Shown here one piece after another: positions 36,681 through 47,800 of a stretch of DNA of 64,000 nucleotides. Below the pieces are notes generated by a model. The model was given only the letters and a program-made list of their open reading frames with translations, searched no databases and was not told the origin of the DNA. Position 1 is the first letter of the stretch. The number at the start of each line of letters is the position of its first letter. The stretch covers positions 74,953-138,952 of the forward strand of contig CALVIX010000003.1 of assembly GCA_944331895.1 (NCBI GenBank), read 5' to 3'. The stretch is from an uncultured Bacilli bacterium. GTDB taxonomy: Bacteria > Bacillota_I > Bacilli_A > RF39 > UBA660. Both the position numbers and the translations under genes were made by a program.

Positions 36681-38738
36681 CTAATTTGAAATTTCTTCTT
36701 TATTGCTTCTCATATCAAGTGTCGCTTCGTTGACTGCATCATCGATCGTTTTAATAGCATCGTGAATCATGCTATAACCAATCGCTGCTCCAAATCCGTG
36801 AGATAAATCTTTCAATTCCTTATTTAATTTTCGAATGTAAGATACAACTTGTTTTTCGTCGTAACCTACCATGTAGATCAAAAATTCATTTCCATTGGTA
36901 CGAACAATATCCGTATTTTCAATCTGCGTCGTAATCAATTTGTTAGCCGCTTCTTTGATGACTTTATCTCCCTCTTCATGTCCATAATTATCGTTGATAT
37001 AAGCAATATTGTTTAAATCGATGATGATAATTGTCTGCGGATATACTTCTGATTCATCCCAAATAGAAATATTATCATTCAAATAATTTCGATTTTTTAA
37101 AGATGTCAACATGTCGATATATTTGATCTTTTCTCCCTTTGGAATTGTAATCTTTTTCTTCGTATCTCTTGTCTTCCACTTATTGAAACCATAAATAACG
37201 GCAAGTACGATTAAAACAGCTCCAATGAGAACACTTATGATTCCTGTTAAAATTGGTTTTGTTCGAAGCGCTAATAGATCTTCATATCCTACATACAAAC
37301 TATTTTGTTCTTGAATGAATGACAAATAGAAATTGAAGAAATCATAAAATATTTTATTAGCCTTAATATCTCGTACAACGTATGTATACGGCGTTTCTAA
37401 GTAAAATTGATAATTTACTTTATAGTCTGATAATTGATCATTCTTATAGTACTGATAAGCATCTGAATCGATCACGACAACGCCATTTGCGATTGGATGT
37501 TCTAATAAACTAGTTATGTTTTCATACTCTTCACATTCGATTCCTTTTTCTTTTAAATATGATGCAATTTTCGTTCCCTCTACTACCTGTACTTTACGAT
37601 TTTTTAAAGATGCAAGTGAGGTAATCACTGTATGATCACTTGCAGGTGTTGCAACTGTTACCTGTTCTGAACCGATAGAAACAGTATTCAATACATCCAT
37701 CTTATAGTTTGTATCTTGGTTTGTTCCATAGAAGAAATCTAAATTATTCGCATTGAAATCTTCTAATAGATTTCCAAGATTTTCATAAGATTTGTATGTG
37801 ATTTCAATTCCTGTCATATTGGAAAATGATTTTAAAATCTGAGCATTCATTCCATACAATCGACCACTAGATAATTGATCGTATGGTGCTTGTTCGATAA
37901 AACCATATAAATATCTTTTACCAACAAAAGTAGCTTTTTCTTTTTCCCCTACTTCTGCAGCAGTATAATATGCATTGGTAAAATTTTCGTTATAAGAATC
38001 TTGAAAACGATCGTCCATCCATTTTTTCGTATATTTTTTCAAAATCGTATTTAATTTTCCAGTATCTCCTAAACGCAAAACGTAATTTTGTTCTAAATCA
38101 CTAAACGTATATGCGATATTCATCTCGTCACTTTCGACAATTTCAGACATGTAAGCCACTTTCGGAATGACGATCGCATCAATCGTCGTCTGTGTTCCTG
38201 TCGCTGTGATCGCCTTAATTAACTCGTCGTTCGATTGGAACGTCTGATATTTAATATTACTTGCACCTTCTAACACCGTTCCAATCTTCTCTAGATCACT
38301 TGTCAATACACCGATCGTCAAATCTTTAATATCGTGTAGATCGTAATATTTTACAGCCGCTTTCGTCACGAGAGCATAAGCATCTTGATAAAACAAAATA
38401 TCGTTTTTCCCTACTTTATCTACCACTTGGAAAGAATAATCGCTCGTATTGTTATTAGCATTTTCATAAGGTGATCGATTAAATTCTAATCCCGTATCAT
38501 TTTCTAAGTCATTCAAATAATCGAAGAAAACACCTGTTCCATCAGAAGAGAAAATTGGGGTGTAATTCATCACTCCAAAATCGATCAACTTATTTTTATT
38601 ATTCTCAATCCATTGCTTTTCTATTAACGTCAAAGTAGAGTTTTTTTCCTCGCGGAAAAATACAAAATACACTCCATAGAAAACGAAAAGAAAAGCGATG
38701 GCAATTACGATCCCAACGATCCATTGTTTCTTTTTCAT
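36681..38738 (-). CDS. Membrane sensor with extracytoplasmic solute-binding-like region and a degenerate GGDEF domain
   Basis: N-TM, a ~480-aa external region, a second TM, then DMLTSLKNRNYL, IDLNNIAYINDNYGHEEGD, and RTNGNEF (nt 36882-36896) in place of RxGGDEF. Confidence 0.7.
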   Translation of the reverse strand: MKKKQWIVGIVIAIAFLFVFYGVYFVFFREEKNSTLTLIEKQWIENNKNKLIDFGVMNYTPIFSSDGTGVFFDYLNDLENDTGLEFNRSPYENANNNTSDYSFQVVDKVGKNDILFYQDAYALVTKAAVKYYDLHDIKDLTIGVLTSDLEKIGTVLEGASNIKYQTFQSNDELIKAITATGTQTTIDAIVIPKVAYMSEIVESDEMNIAYTFSDLEQNYVLRLGDTGKLNTILKKYTKKWMDDRFQDSYNENFTNAYYTAAEVGEKEKATFVGKRYLYGFIEQAPYDQLSSGRLYGMNAQILKSFSNMTGIEITYKSYENLGNLLEDFNANNLDFFYGTNQDTNYKMDVLNTVSIGSEQVTVATPASDHTVITSLASLKNRKVQVVEGTKIASYLKEKGIECEEYENITSLLEHPIANGVVVIDSDAYQYYKNDQLSDYKVNYQFYLETPYTYVVRDIKANKIFYDFFNFYLSFIQEQNSLYVGYEDLLALRTKPILTGIISVLIGAVLIVLAVIYGFNKWKTRDTKKKITIPKGEKIKYIDMLTSLKNRNYLNDNISIWDESEVYPQTIIIIDLNNIAYINDNYGHEEGDKVIKEAANKLITTQIENTDIVRTNGNEFLIYMVGYDEKQVVSYIRKLNKELKDLSHGFGAAIGYSMIHDAIKTIDDAVNEATLDMRSNKEEISN

Positions 38739-38749
38739 CTTTTACCACC

Positions 38750-39229
38750 TTACTGATTGTTCGTCCAGAAAAAATCACTTTCCGTACGATGTTTATATCC
38801 TATATATGGATAGCTTGATTCACTATTACCTTCATTTGTCAAATATACTTGCGTATCGTAAAAGGCAAGTTCATCTTCCGAAAAATTACTTTTTACAACT
38901 TCGGTAAGAGCTTTTGCGGAAGCAACATCCGTCCCATCATTGACATCGATCATTACATTGATAATGCGTCCTGTAATATAGGCATCCGCACTTTTTACGA
39001 AATCATGACCTTCTAATTCAGTTTCTAATTTTTTTAACTTGTCATCGGAAATTTTCACCTTTTCGATTCCATCCAAGCGATTTCCATACTCGCTCTTACT
39101 TCCATCTGGAAATAAAAACCCCCAAACAAAGATACATAGAATAACAAATATCAACAAAATGATACCTGCAATCGCAAGACCTTTTTTATGACTCATGATA
39201 AATCCCTTCATATTCAATCTCCTTCTCAA
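38750..39229 (-). CDS. Membrane-anchored protein, unknown function
   Basis: 159-aa ORF with one N-terminal span. The start is probably an internal Met (MSHKKG). Confidence 0.5.
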   Translation of the reverse strand: MRRRLNMKGFIMSHKKGLAIAGIILLIFVILCIFVWGFLFPDGSKSEYGNRLDGIEKVKISDDKLKKLETELEGHDFVKSADAYITGRIINVMIDVNDGTDVASAKALTEVVKSNFSEDELAFYDTQVYLTNEGNSESSYPYIGYKHRTESDFFWTNNQ

Positions 39230-39268
39230 TCGTCATTCATTATACTATAATTTTGACGTTTTCGCAAA

Positions 39269-40687
39269 TTACATCTGTTTTAAAAGCTCTGTTAATAACT
39301 CCGTTACAAGCTTTGGATTTGCTTGCCCCTTTGATGCTTTCATGATCTGTCCCATCAAATACTTTTGAGCTCGATCTTTCCCAGCTTTGTAATCATTTAC
39401 TGATTCTGGATTTTCAGAAAGCACTTTTTGAATCATTTCCGTAAGCTCTTTCGTATCACTAATCTGCTCCATTCCAAGCGTCTTCATCCATTCTAAAGCA
39501 CTACCACCATTCTCCAAAAGAACAGATAAAATTTGTTTCCCCTGCTTTGAAGAAATCTTCTCGCTTTCCAAAAGCTCGACAAGTTCTGTAAAATTCTCTG
39601 CATCGATCTTTAACTCGTCTAAACTTAATTTTTCTTTATTCATGTAAGAAAGTACATCCCCAGTTAATAAATTAGCTGCAATCACTGGATTACACTCTTC
39701 CAAAATAGATTGTAAAAACATACAAATTTCCTTGTTAGCAAGAAGTGTCTTAATATTATTTTCATTGATTCCAAGTTCTACAAACTTTTCCTTCATCTCG
39801 TCCGGCATCATTGGCATCGAATTTTTTACTTCTTCAATCCATGCATCGCTAATTGTTACAAACGGTAAATCCGGCTCTGGAAAATAACGGTAATCATTTC
39901 CTGTTTCCTTTTCTCTCATGAGGACTGTCGTATTCGTATTTTCATCGAAACGCCTCGTCTGTTCTCTTTCGATCTTATCTCCTCGTTCTAAGATTTCTGT
40001 CTGACGTTTGATTTCGTACTCTAAACTAACTCCTACGCATCGAATCGATCCAATATTTTTAATCTCACATTTTGTCCCAAATGGTTTTCCTTCCTCGTGC
40101 ATCGAAATATTCGCATCGCAACGCATACTTCCCTCTTCGATCTTTACGTCGCTAATTCCAAGATATAGTAACGTTTCACGAAGTTTTTCCAGATAGAGCA
40201 TCGCCTCTTTTGGTGATTCAATCACAGGTTTAGAAACGATCTCGATCAAAGGAACTCCGGCACGATTAAAGTTTAATAACGTTCCTCTTTCTCCGTGAAT
40301 ACTCTTGCAAGTATCCTCTTCGATGTGCATGCGTTCGATCTCGATTTTCTTCTTCTTTCCATCCACTTCGATTTCTAAATATCCATCGTACCCAATCGGC
40401 GTATCTTGCTGTGTAATCTGATACCCCTTTGGTAAATCTGGGTAAAAATAATTCTTACGGTCGAAGTGCATATGCTTATTGATGTGAAAATGCATCGCAT
40501 GACATGCTTTCAACGCCATGTGGATGACTTCTTGATTCAATTTTGGAAGTGTTCCTGGATATCCTAAATCGATCAAAGTCATATTGGTGTTCGCAGGAGA
40601 TTTGAAATCATTTTTTCCTGTAGAATACACCTTCGCATTACTCTTTAATTCGACGTGTACTTCGATTCCTATCGTTGGCTTTAACAT
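39269..40687 (-). CDS. gatB: Asp/Glu-tRNA amidotransferase subunit B
   Basis: 472 aa; IGIEVHVEL, full-length match in form and position. Confidence 0.95.
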   Translation of the reverse strand: MLKPTIGIEVHVELKSNAKVYSTGKNDFKSPANTNMTLIDLGYPGTLPKLNQEVIHMALKACHAMHFHINKHMHFDRKNYFYPDLPKGYQITQQDTPIGYDGYLEIEVDGKKKKIEIERMHIEEDTCKSIHGERGTLLNFNRAGVPLIEIVSKPVIESPKEAMLYLEKLRETLLYLGISDVKIEEGSMRCDANISMHEEGKPFGTKCEIKNIGSIRCVGVSLEYEIKRQTEILERGDKIEREQTRRFDENTNTTVLMREKETGNDYRYFPEPDLPFVTISDAWIEEVKNSMPMMPDEMKEKFVELGINENNIKTLLANKEICMFLQSILEECNPVIAANLLTGDVLSYMNKEKLSLDELKIDAENFTELVELLESEKISSKQGKQILSVLLENGGSALEWMKTLGMEQISDTKELTEMIQKVLSENPESVNDYKAGKDRAQKYLMGQIMKASKGQANPKLVTELLTELLKQM

Positions 40688-42135
40688 GAAGCACCTCCTT
40701 TAGGTGTTAAATCTAAATTTAATTTTGCTTCGATAAAACTTGCCAATTGGTAAATTTTCTTCTCCTCAAAATAATTTCCAATGATATGCATTCCTATTGG
40801 AAGACTATCACAATTAAAACCAACTGGTAAGCTCATCGCAGGAAGTCCTGACATATTTACTGGAATCGTTAAAATATCATCGTAGAAGCATTTAAGAGCA
40901 TCATCTTGTCTTGTCCCAAACGGATAGGCGACATTCGTATTTGTAGGTCCTAACATTAAATCATATGTTTCAAACTGCTTTTTAAATTCCTCTACCATCG
41001 CATGACGAATTTGAAGTGCTTTACGATAATATATATTGGCATTTTCTCCAGATAGTACATAAGAGCCAATCATAATACGACGTTTTACTTCATCTCCAAA
41101 TCCCTCTGCTCTCGTATTTTTATATAGTTCCTCAATATTGTGATAATCATCTGTTCTATGTCCATATCGAATTCCATCGAAACGAGCTAAATTACTACTA
41201 GCCTCTCCTAGAGCGATAACTTGATAAAGAGGTATCGCATATTTTAGGTAATCCATCTCGACGAGATCCACTTGACAACCATGTGCTTTCAACATATCCA
41301 TAACATCAGAGACTTTTTCTCTTACATCCGTGTCAATTTGATCGCTCATATAATAAGTTGGAACAGCAATCTTAAGGCTACTTACATCGGTACCAATTAA
41401 ACTTGTATAATCATCTACAGTTTTTTTACTTGAGGTGTAATCATTATCGTCATACCCAGCTAAAATATTTAAAAGAAGTGCATTATCGTAGACATTTTTC
41501 GTCATCGGTCCAATCGCATCCAAACTAGACGCAAATGCGATGAGTCCATGTCTCGATACACGACCATACGTTGGTTTTAATCCGACAATTCCGCAAAAGC
41601 TAGATGGTTGGCGAATACTTCCTCCAGTATCACTACCTAGGGCACATGAGACAAGTCTAGCAGAAACACTGCAAGCACTTCCACTGCTACTTCCTCCTGT
41701 TACCATCGAATGATCCCATGGATTCAACGTATTTCCAAAATAACTCGTCTCTCCCGTTGATCCCATTGCAAACTCATCCATATTCGTCTTTCCAATGATA
41801 ATCATATTTGCCTTTTTGATTCTCTCTACCACAGTTGCATCGTAGATCGGATTAAAATCAGCAAGCATTTTAGAAGCACAAGTCGTCGTTAAATTTTTAG
41901 TTACAATATTATCTTTAACAGCAATCGGAATTCCAAACAAAACATTATCCGGTTCGATTTCTTCTAACTCTTTTGCTCTTTTGATCGCCCCTTCCTTATC
42001 TAGGGTAATAAAAGCATTTAAATCGCTATTTTCAATTTTTGAAAAAGCTTCCTCTACCAAATCGATCGGTTTAATTTGACGCGTTTTCAATAGTTCATGA
42101 AGTCTTGTAATCGGTAAATTAAGATAATTATTCAT
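40681..42135 (-). CDS. gatA: Glu-tRNA(Gln) amidotransferase subunit A
   Basis: 484 aa; amidase signature GGSSSGSA, GSDTGGSIRQP. Confidence 0.95.
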   Translation of the reverse strand: MNNYLNLPITRLHELLKTRQIKPIDLVEEAFSKIENSDLNAFITLDKEGAIKRAKELEEIEPDNVLFGIPIAVKDNIVTKNLTTTCASKMLADFNPIYDATVVERIKKANMIIIGKTNMDEFAMGSTGETSYFGNTLNPWDHSMVTGGSSSGSACSVSARLVSCALGSDTGGSIRQPSSFCGIVGLKPTYGRVSRHGLIAFASSLDAIGPMTKNVYDNALLLNILAGYDDNDYTSSKKTVDDYTSLIGTDVSSLKIAVPTYYMSDQIDTDVREKVSDVMDMLKAHGCQVDLVEMDYLKYAIPLYQVIALGEASSNLARFDGIRYGHRTDDYHNIEELYKNTRAEGFGDEVKRRIMIGSYVLSGENANIYYRKALQIRHAMVEEFKKQFETYDLMLGPTNTNVAYPFGTRQDDALKCFYDDILTIPVNMSGLPAMSLPVGFNCDSLPIGMHIIGNYFEEKKIYQLASFIEAKLNLDLTPKGGASC

Positions 42136-42424
42136 TGACTACCTTCGGTACAACAATGTACATTCCATTTGAATTTTTACTATTTGAAAATGCGTCTTCT
42201 CTTGTGATCATATCTTTTACCTCATCGCTATTATAAAAATTTTCATTTGTCGTAGGACAAATTAACATCTCTTCGTCCTCGCTCACTTCTGCCTGATTGA
42301 TCTTTTCGATCTCCGTCAAAATCTGCCCTAACTCCTTTTGATATTTCATAACCTCTTCTTCTTTTAACGTAAGTCGAGCTAGGTGTGCTACATCTCTTAC
42401 TTGGTTTATACTTAACTTTTTCAT
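42128..42424 (-). CDS. gatC: Asp/Glu-tRNA amidotransferase subunit C
   Basis: 98 aa; VAHLARLTL; precedes gatA with overlap. Confidence 0.9.
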   Translation of the reverse strand: MKKLSINQVRDVAHLARLTLKEEEVMKYQKELGQILTEIEKINQAEVSEDEEMLICPTTNENFYNSDEVKDMITREDAFSNSKNSNGMYIVVPKVVNE

Positions 42425-42427
42425 ACG

Positions 42428-43474
42428 CTATCCTTTCATTATGTAGATTCTCGCACTAGAGCTTGTTTTCTCCTTGCTGATAAAACCTACCATATCATTA
42501 TTTTCCTTTAAATAAACTTTTATTTGAATTCCTCCCGGAAATGTATTAGAAAGTTCCGTGCTAATCAGTTGACTCACTTTTAATAACTCACTTTTGTTCA
42601 TATACGTACTATGAACATCGATTTCTAAATTTTGCAGCCTTCCACTGACGTAAAGACCCTCTGCTACCATGTACGTTGTCGGAAACAATTCAGTCAACTT
42701 CTTTTTTAAATTTTGAAATGCTGTATACGAATTCATATCTTTCTCTTGTACCCAACTAGATTCTAAGAGTTGATACTGATAGTCGACACTTTGAAAACTA
42801 ATATCCTGTGAAGAAGTGATGCCTACCTGTTTAAAACTTCCAGGTAATACCTCATCCGGACTATTTTGAACATATAATCCCATCAAAACTTTTACGTCCT
42901 TTAAATCTTTTTCTTCTCGTAAATACGTTAGTAACTCTTGCGCTCGCTTCTTTCCAAATTCCAGTACCGTCGTCTCGTCAACCTTTTTATATTGATAAGC
43001 TCCATACTGGTTTTGATATTGTTGATACGGATTTAAAACGACCGCAATACTAATTCCTTTTAGTTTTCCCTCGCTAGATAAATAATTCTGTTCATAAATG
43101 TAAGAAATATATTCTGGAGAAATTGAAATTCCATCGATCGTTACATTGTCTGCCTGATTTAATTTTTCTCTCGATAATAGGCTTGTCAAATCTTTTTCAC
43201 TCAGATACTGTCCAGCCTGATAATAGGTATTATCAGTCGGAAAATAAGAGGTGGAAATATCCATAAGCGAGCTTTCCACTTCTTCGCGATCATAGTGATT
43301 CAAAATGTGACTGACAACATAATCGTTCGAAACTCCACTTTTGTATGGTTCATAAATAGAATAACTATCTTCGTCGAACTTCAAATCTGTCTTTACTTCC
43401 TCCTCTTTTTTATCGCATCCACACAATAATAAAAGAGTACATAGCACTAATACATACTTTTTCATACACATCAC
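42428..43474 (-). CDS. CamS/YerH-like lipoprotein
   Basis: Lipobox LLCGC, ~340 aa. Sits in the conserved position immediately upstream of gatC, as in Bacillus and Enterococcus. Start probably at 43465 (MKKYVL). Confidence 0.5.
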   Translation of the reverse strand: MMCMKKYVLVLCTLLLLCGCDKKEEEVKTDLKFDEDSYSIYEPYKSGVSNDYVVSHILNHYDREEVESSLMDISTSYFPTDNTYYQAGQYLSEKDLTSLLSREKLNQADNVTIDGISISPEYISYIYEQNYLSSEGKLKGISIAVVLNPYQQYQNQYGAYQYKKVDETTVLEFGKKRAQELLTYLREEKDLKDVKVLMGLYVQNSPDEVLPGSFKQVGITSSQDISFQSVDYQYQLLESSWVQEKDMNSYTAFQNLKKKLTELFPTTYMVAEGLYVSGRLQNLEIDVHSTYMNKSELLKVSQLISTELSNTFPGGIQIKVYLKENNDMVGFISKEKTSSSARIYIMKG

Positions 43475-43510
43475 CTGGATAAAATAATTATACCACGATT
43501 ACATATTAGA

Positions 43511-43542
43511 AAAAAGAAAAAACATGGCAAAACCATGTTTTT
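43511..43542 (-). terminator. Strong palindromic terminator
   Basis: AAAAACATGG-caaaa-CCATGTTTTT; on the minus strand followed by a T-rich tract. Confidence 0.7.
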
Positions 43543-43548
43543 CTACAA

Positions 43549-43962
43549 TTACCTATTGATAGAATATTCTACTGCTGTTGCTCCTACAAGCTCTTGATCC
43601 CAACTACTCGTAATCGTTCTCGATGTTCCATTTGGAATCACTTCACCTACATATCCAAAATTCTCAGCAATGATATTTCCATCTTTATCTTTGATGTATA
43701 TGTTGAATGAAAGTAAATATTCATCTTTTCCTGTATCATTACTTACCTCTGTTACAAGTGTCGCCATTCCATTTTGACTAGATAGTGACGTATTTGTAAG
43801 TTTCAATCCTTCCACTACTTGATCTTTCACGATATCCTCACTTGTATTTACTTTTACTTCATCCTCTTTTTTCTCTACTTTTTCTTCTTTCTTATCACAG
43901 CCACATCCTGTTGCAAACATTGCTAAACAAGCAACTAATATTATTCCTATTTTCTTTTTCAT
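43549..43962 (-). CDS. Lipoprotein, unknown function
   Basis: Lipobox FATGC; 137 aa. Confidence 0.6.
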   Translation of the reverse strand: MKKKIGIILVACLAMFATGCGCDKKEEKVEKKEDEVKVNTSEDIVKDQVVEGLKLTNTSLSSQNGMATLVTEVSNDTGKDEYLLSFNIYIKDKDGNIIAENFGYVGEVIPNGTSRTITSSWDQELVGATAVEYSINR

Positions 43963-44035
43963 ATATTTCCTCCTATAATTTATCCTATCATTTATGACTC
44001 TCTAACAAAAATTACGATACAGGAATTTTTCTCGT

Positions 44036-44839
44036 TTAATCAAAATCCAAAGGATTTGACGGATCATAATACCCCTTTTTAATTGCGTCTTGATAAATTT
44101 GTTCTAGTCTTATATTGCTTTGATTAATGAATGCCTGTCCGTATGTACTTTGCCCAGGCTCGACAACTCGAGGGCTATTCATCCCTATGAGCTCATTATA
44201 AACAGAATCTCCATTCACAATCTCTCCATTTTTCTTTATGATAGTAATATCTCGCTCTTCTTCTTCCTTATATTGATCAGCATAGTGTAATATAACATCT
44301 ATCGCTTTCATATAACATCTTCCAAAATAGTCAATCATCTGCTCCTTATTTAATGTGTTAATATCTAGAGTAGCAGCGATTTCGTTTTGAATTTTAGCTG
44401 ATAAATTACCAACATCAAACTGGAACATAAATAAATTGACTCCTTTATATTTGTAAATTATAACTTCCTCTCCGACAGTTCCTAGCGATTCACTTTCTAA
44501 AACGAACTCATCATCGCTTGCCAACGACGTTTCCATTCGGTTACTTAACTCTGTTTTCAACTCAGAATATTGTTCCCCAGGAATTAAATTTAACTGCCAT
44601 GCTTGATCACTTAAAGGATATTGATCTTCATATAATGTTGTTCCTTCTGTATTCTTTTTAAATTCTGAAATACTAAAATCAGATGTCCCATAATCTTCTA
44701 ATGCGGGTTCTATTTTCTGTTCTTTTGGTTTTGTATCTTTCTTCCATGGATGGATAACCAAAAGCAAAATAGCCAATATAAGAACAACCAAAACAACAAA
44801 TAATATTATTAATCTTTTTTTGCTCGATTTATTTTCCAT
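44036..44839 (-). CDS. Single-span membrane protein, unknown function
   Basis: 267 aa. Starts 15 nt after the giant pilin stop. Confidence 0.55.
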   Translation of the reverse strand: MENKSSKKRLIILFVVLVVLILAILLLVIHPWKKDTKPKEQKIEPALEDYGTSDFSISEFKKNTEGTTLYEDQYPLSDQAWQLNLIPGEQYSELKTELSNRMETSLASDDEFVLESESLGTVGEEVIIYKYKGVNLFMFQFDVGNLSAKIQNEIAATLDINTLNKEQMIDYFGRCYMKAIDVILHYADQYKEEEERDITIIKKNGEIVNGDSVYNELIGMNSPRVVEPGQSTYGQAFINQSNIRLEQIYQDAIKKGYYDPSNPLDFD

Positions 44840-44854
44840 TTTGCTTTCCTCCTA

Positions 44855-47800
44855 TTATCCCCATCCGGTTGTATTTCCGGCTCTATCTTGATCGTAGTAC
44901 TGCATATACAGGAATGCGTGTTGCCCACCACATAGTGTTGAATGTTTACAATGTACATACCACGTATCTACGCCATAATCTCCCCAACGAATACTATAGT
45001 TAGCAAATTGTCCATTCTGTTGACCATAATATGCATAGTAAAGAGTCCCTGACATGTTTGAATTCCATGAAGCTCTAATTCCTTGAGTTCTAACTCCTGC
45101 ATATCCTTGGAATGCATCGTTACCACGATAAATTAAGTATCTAGCATCATAACTACTTGCTCCCCAAGATCCTGCTCCAGGAGACCAAACTTGGAAATTC
45201 ACATAACGTTTTACTGGTGCAACATTATCGGCTCCAACCCATGCAGCTTTTGCTACCGAACAACGATTAGATCCATCGTAATTTTTCGTATTCGTACAAA
45301 CTTTATAACAAATATATTTAGAAGCAGTGCGAGTTGATGTTCGACCGCCACCATGGTTTTCTAAGTATCCAGTTGGCCATTGATTTGCACCAGCATAAGA
45401 ACAACTTGTATCCGTATCATCTAACGTATAATATTTTACTCCACTTGCGGCAGAAGCATTTACGGAGAATGTTCTCGTCTTTGCCCAACCACTAAATGAG
45501 GTTGCTCCTGGGTTCACAAGCGTCCAATTTGAACGAATCGTAACCGTTCCTATTGCTTTTGCAGTAATCGTATTACCACTGACTGTTGCTAAGCTTGTAT
45601 TTGTCGACGACCAACTCTTTCTCGTATAACCGCTTGCTGTCATATTTGGTGCGGTTGTAGACTTTCCAACATCCACAGTTACTTTTTGTTGTGCCCCAGT
45701 AATATCATTATTAAATACTACTGTTGTAACAGCTTGCCAGTGTGCATAAATTGTTACGTTCGATGCTGGCATTACGGTTGAGCTTGATACTTTCGTTCCT
45801 CCACTTGCAGCGGTATACCATCCTAAGAATCTATAATTTGCCTTTGTTGGTGTTGGTAAAGTCCCATAAGTTGAACCCGCTGTTACCTTTTTACTTGTTG
45901 GACTAACACTTCCTCCGTTTGCATTGTAAGTAAGTGTAAATTGATTTTGAATTAACTTACTTACCGCAGCAGATTGAGTTTGTAATCCAACTCCGTTCGT
46001 ACACCTTGCACGGAAATTGTATGTTCCGGTTGCTAAACTTCCAAACGTATATGTTGTTTTTGTACCATTTGCTACATAGCTTGCTCCATTGTCTTTGCTA
46101 AATTCAACCTTCGTAATTCCAGATTGTGCATCTGTACAGGTTGCTTTTAATGTTGCACTATTATATGTTGTTGAACTTACTGCAACTGTTGCTGATGGTG
46201 CGGAAGTATCAATTTGTGTTACTGAGAATGAGCTTGCCGTTACATAGTTCGTACCGTCTGTAATTCTTGCAATAATCGTTCCATTTGCTGTAAATGTTAC
46301 TTGTTTTGTCGTCGCTGGACTTGCAACTGTCGTCCAAGACTTTCCACCATCTAAACTATACTGATATGTAAAGTTAGATTGTCTTGCTGGATATGTAATC
46401 GTTACGACTTTCTTCGTTTGCCATCCCGTTTTATCTACTGCATACGTTGGCGTTCCGATTGAGTTTGTCGTTCCACTTACTGCAGTTGACGCTGTTTTCA
46501 CTCCTGCTCCATTCGTACATCTTATTTTAAAGTTATACGTTCCTGTCTTTAAACTACCGAAAGTATAAGTTGTACTCGTTCCACCAGAAACATATGTGCT
46601 TCCATTATCCTTACTGTACTCTATTTTTGTAATTCCCGATTGTGCATCCGTACATGTCGCTTTTATAGCAATGGAATTGGTCGTCTTTGTAGATACCGCT
46701 GCAATTGCTGTTGGTCCAGTCGAATCGACTTGTGTTACCGCAAAACTACTTGCTGTTACATAGTTTGTTCCATCATGTACTCTTGCAATGACTGTTCCAT
46801 TTGATGTAAATGTCACTTGTTGTGTCGTTGCCGGACTTGCGACAGTCTTCCAAGATTTTCCACCATCTGTACTATATTGATATGTAAAGTTAGACTGTCT
46901 TGTTGGATACGTAATCGTAACAATTTTCTTCGTCTGCCATCCTGTTTTATCTACTTTATAGGTTGGTGCGGAAATTGCATTTGTCGTTGCACTTACCGCA
47001 CTTGAAGTTCCTACCGTTCCAGATCCACTCGTACATCTTACTTTGAAGTTATACGTTCCTGTCTTTAGTCCACTAAACGTGTAAGTTTTGCTCGTTCCTG
47101 CATCGACAAATGATCCTCCATTATCTTTACTGTATGCGTATTTTGCAATTCCGGAATCACCAGTCGTACACGTTGCTGAAAGTGTGACACTATTACTCGT
47201 TTTTCCCGTTACCGCAAGTGCTGCTGATACTTTCGTCGTATCAATTTGTGTTACCGCAAAACTACTTGCCGTCACATAGTTCGTTCCGTCGGTCACTCTT
47301 GCAATGACTGTTCCAGTTGCCGTAAATGTAAGTTGTTTTGTCGTTGCTGGCGCAGCAACTGTCGTCCAAGATCTTCCACCATCTAAACTATATTGATATG
47401 TGAAATTAGATTGACGAGCTGGATACGTAATCGTAACTACTTTACTTGTTGCCCATCCTGTTTTATTGACTGCATATGTTGGCGTACCAATCGTATTTGT
47501 CGCCCCTCCAACAGAAGCAGATACTGTTTTTAATCCTGATCCGTTCGTACATCTTACCTTGAAGTTGTAATTTCCAGTTTTTAATCCACCAAATGTGTAA
47601 GTCGTACTCGTATTTCCATTTTCATAACTTGAACCGTTATCTTTACTATATTCAATTTTCGTAATTCCAGATTCATTATCTGTACATGTTGCTTTCAATG
47701 TTACGCTATTACTTGTCTTTGATGCGATACTTGCCACTGCACTTGGTCCAGTCGGATCGACTTGTGTAACTGCAAATGAACTTGCCGTTACATAGTTCGT

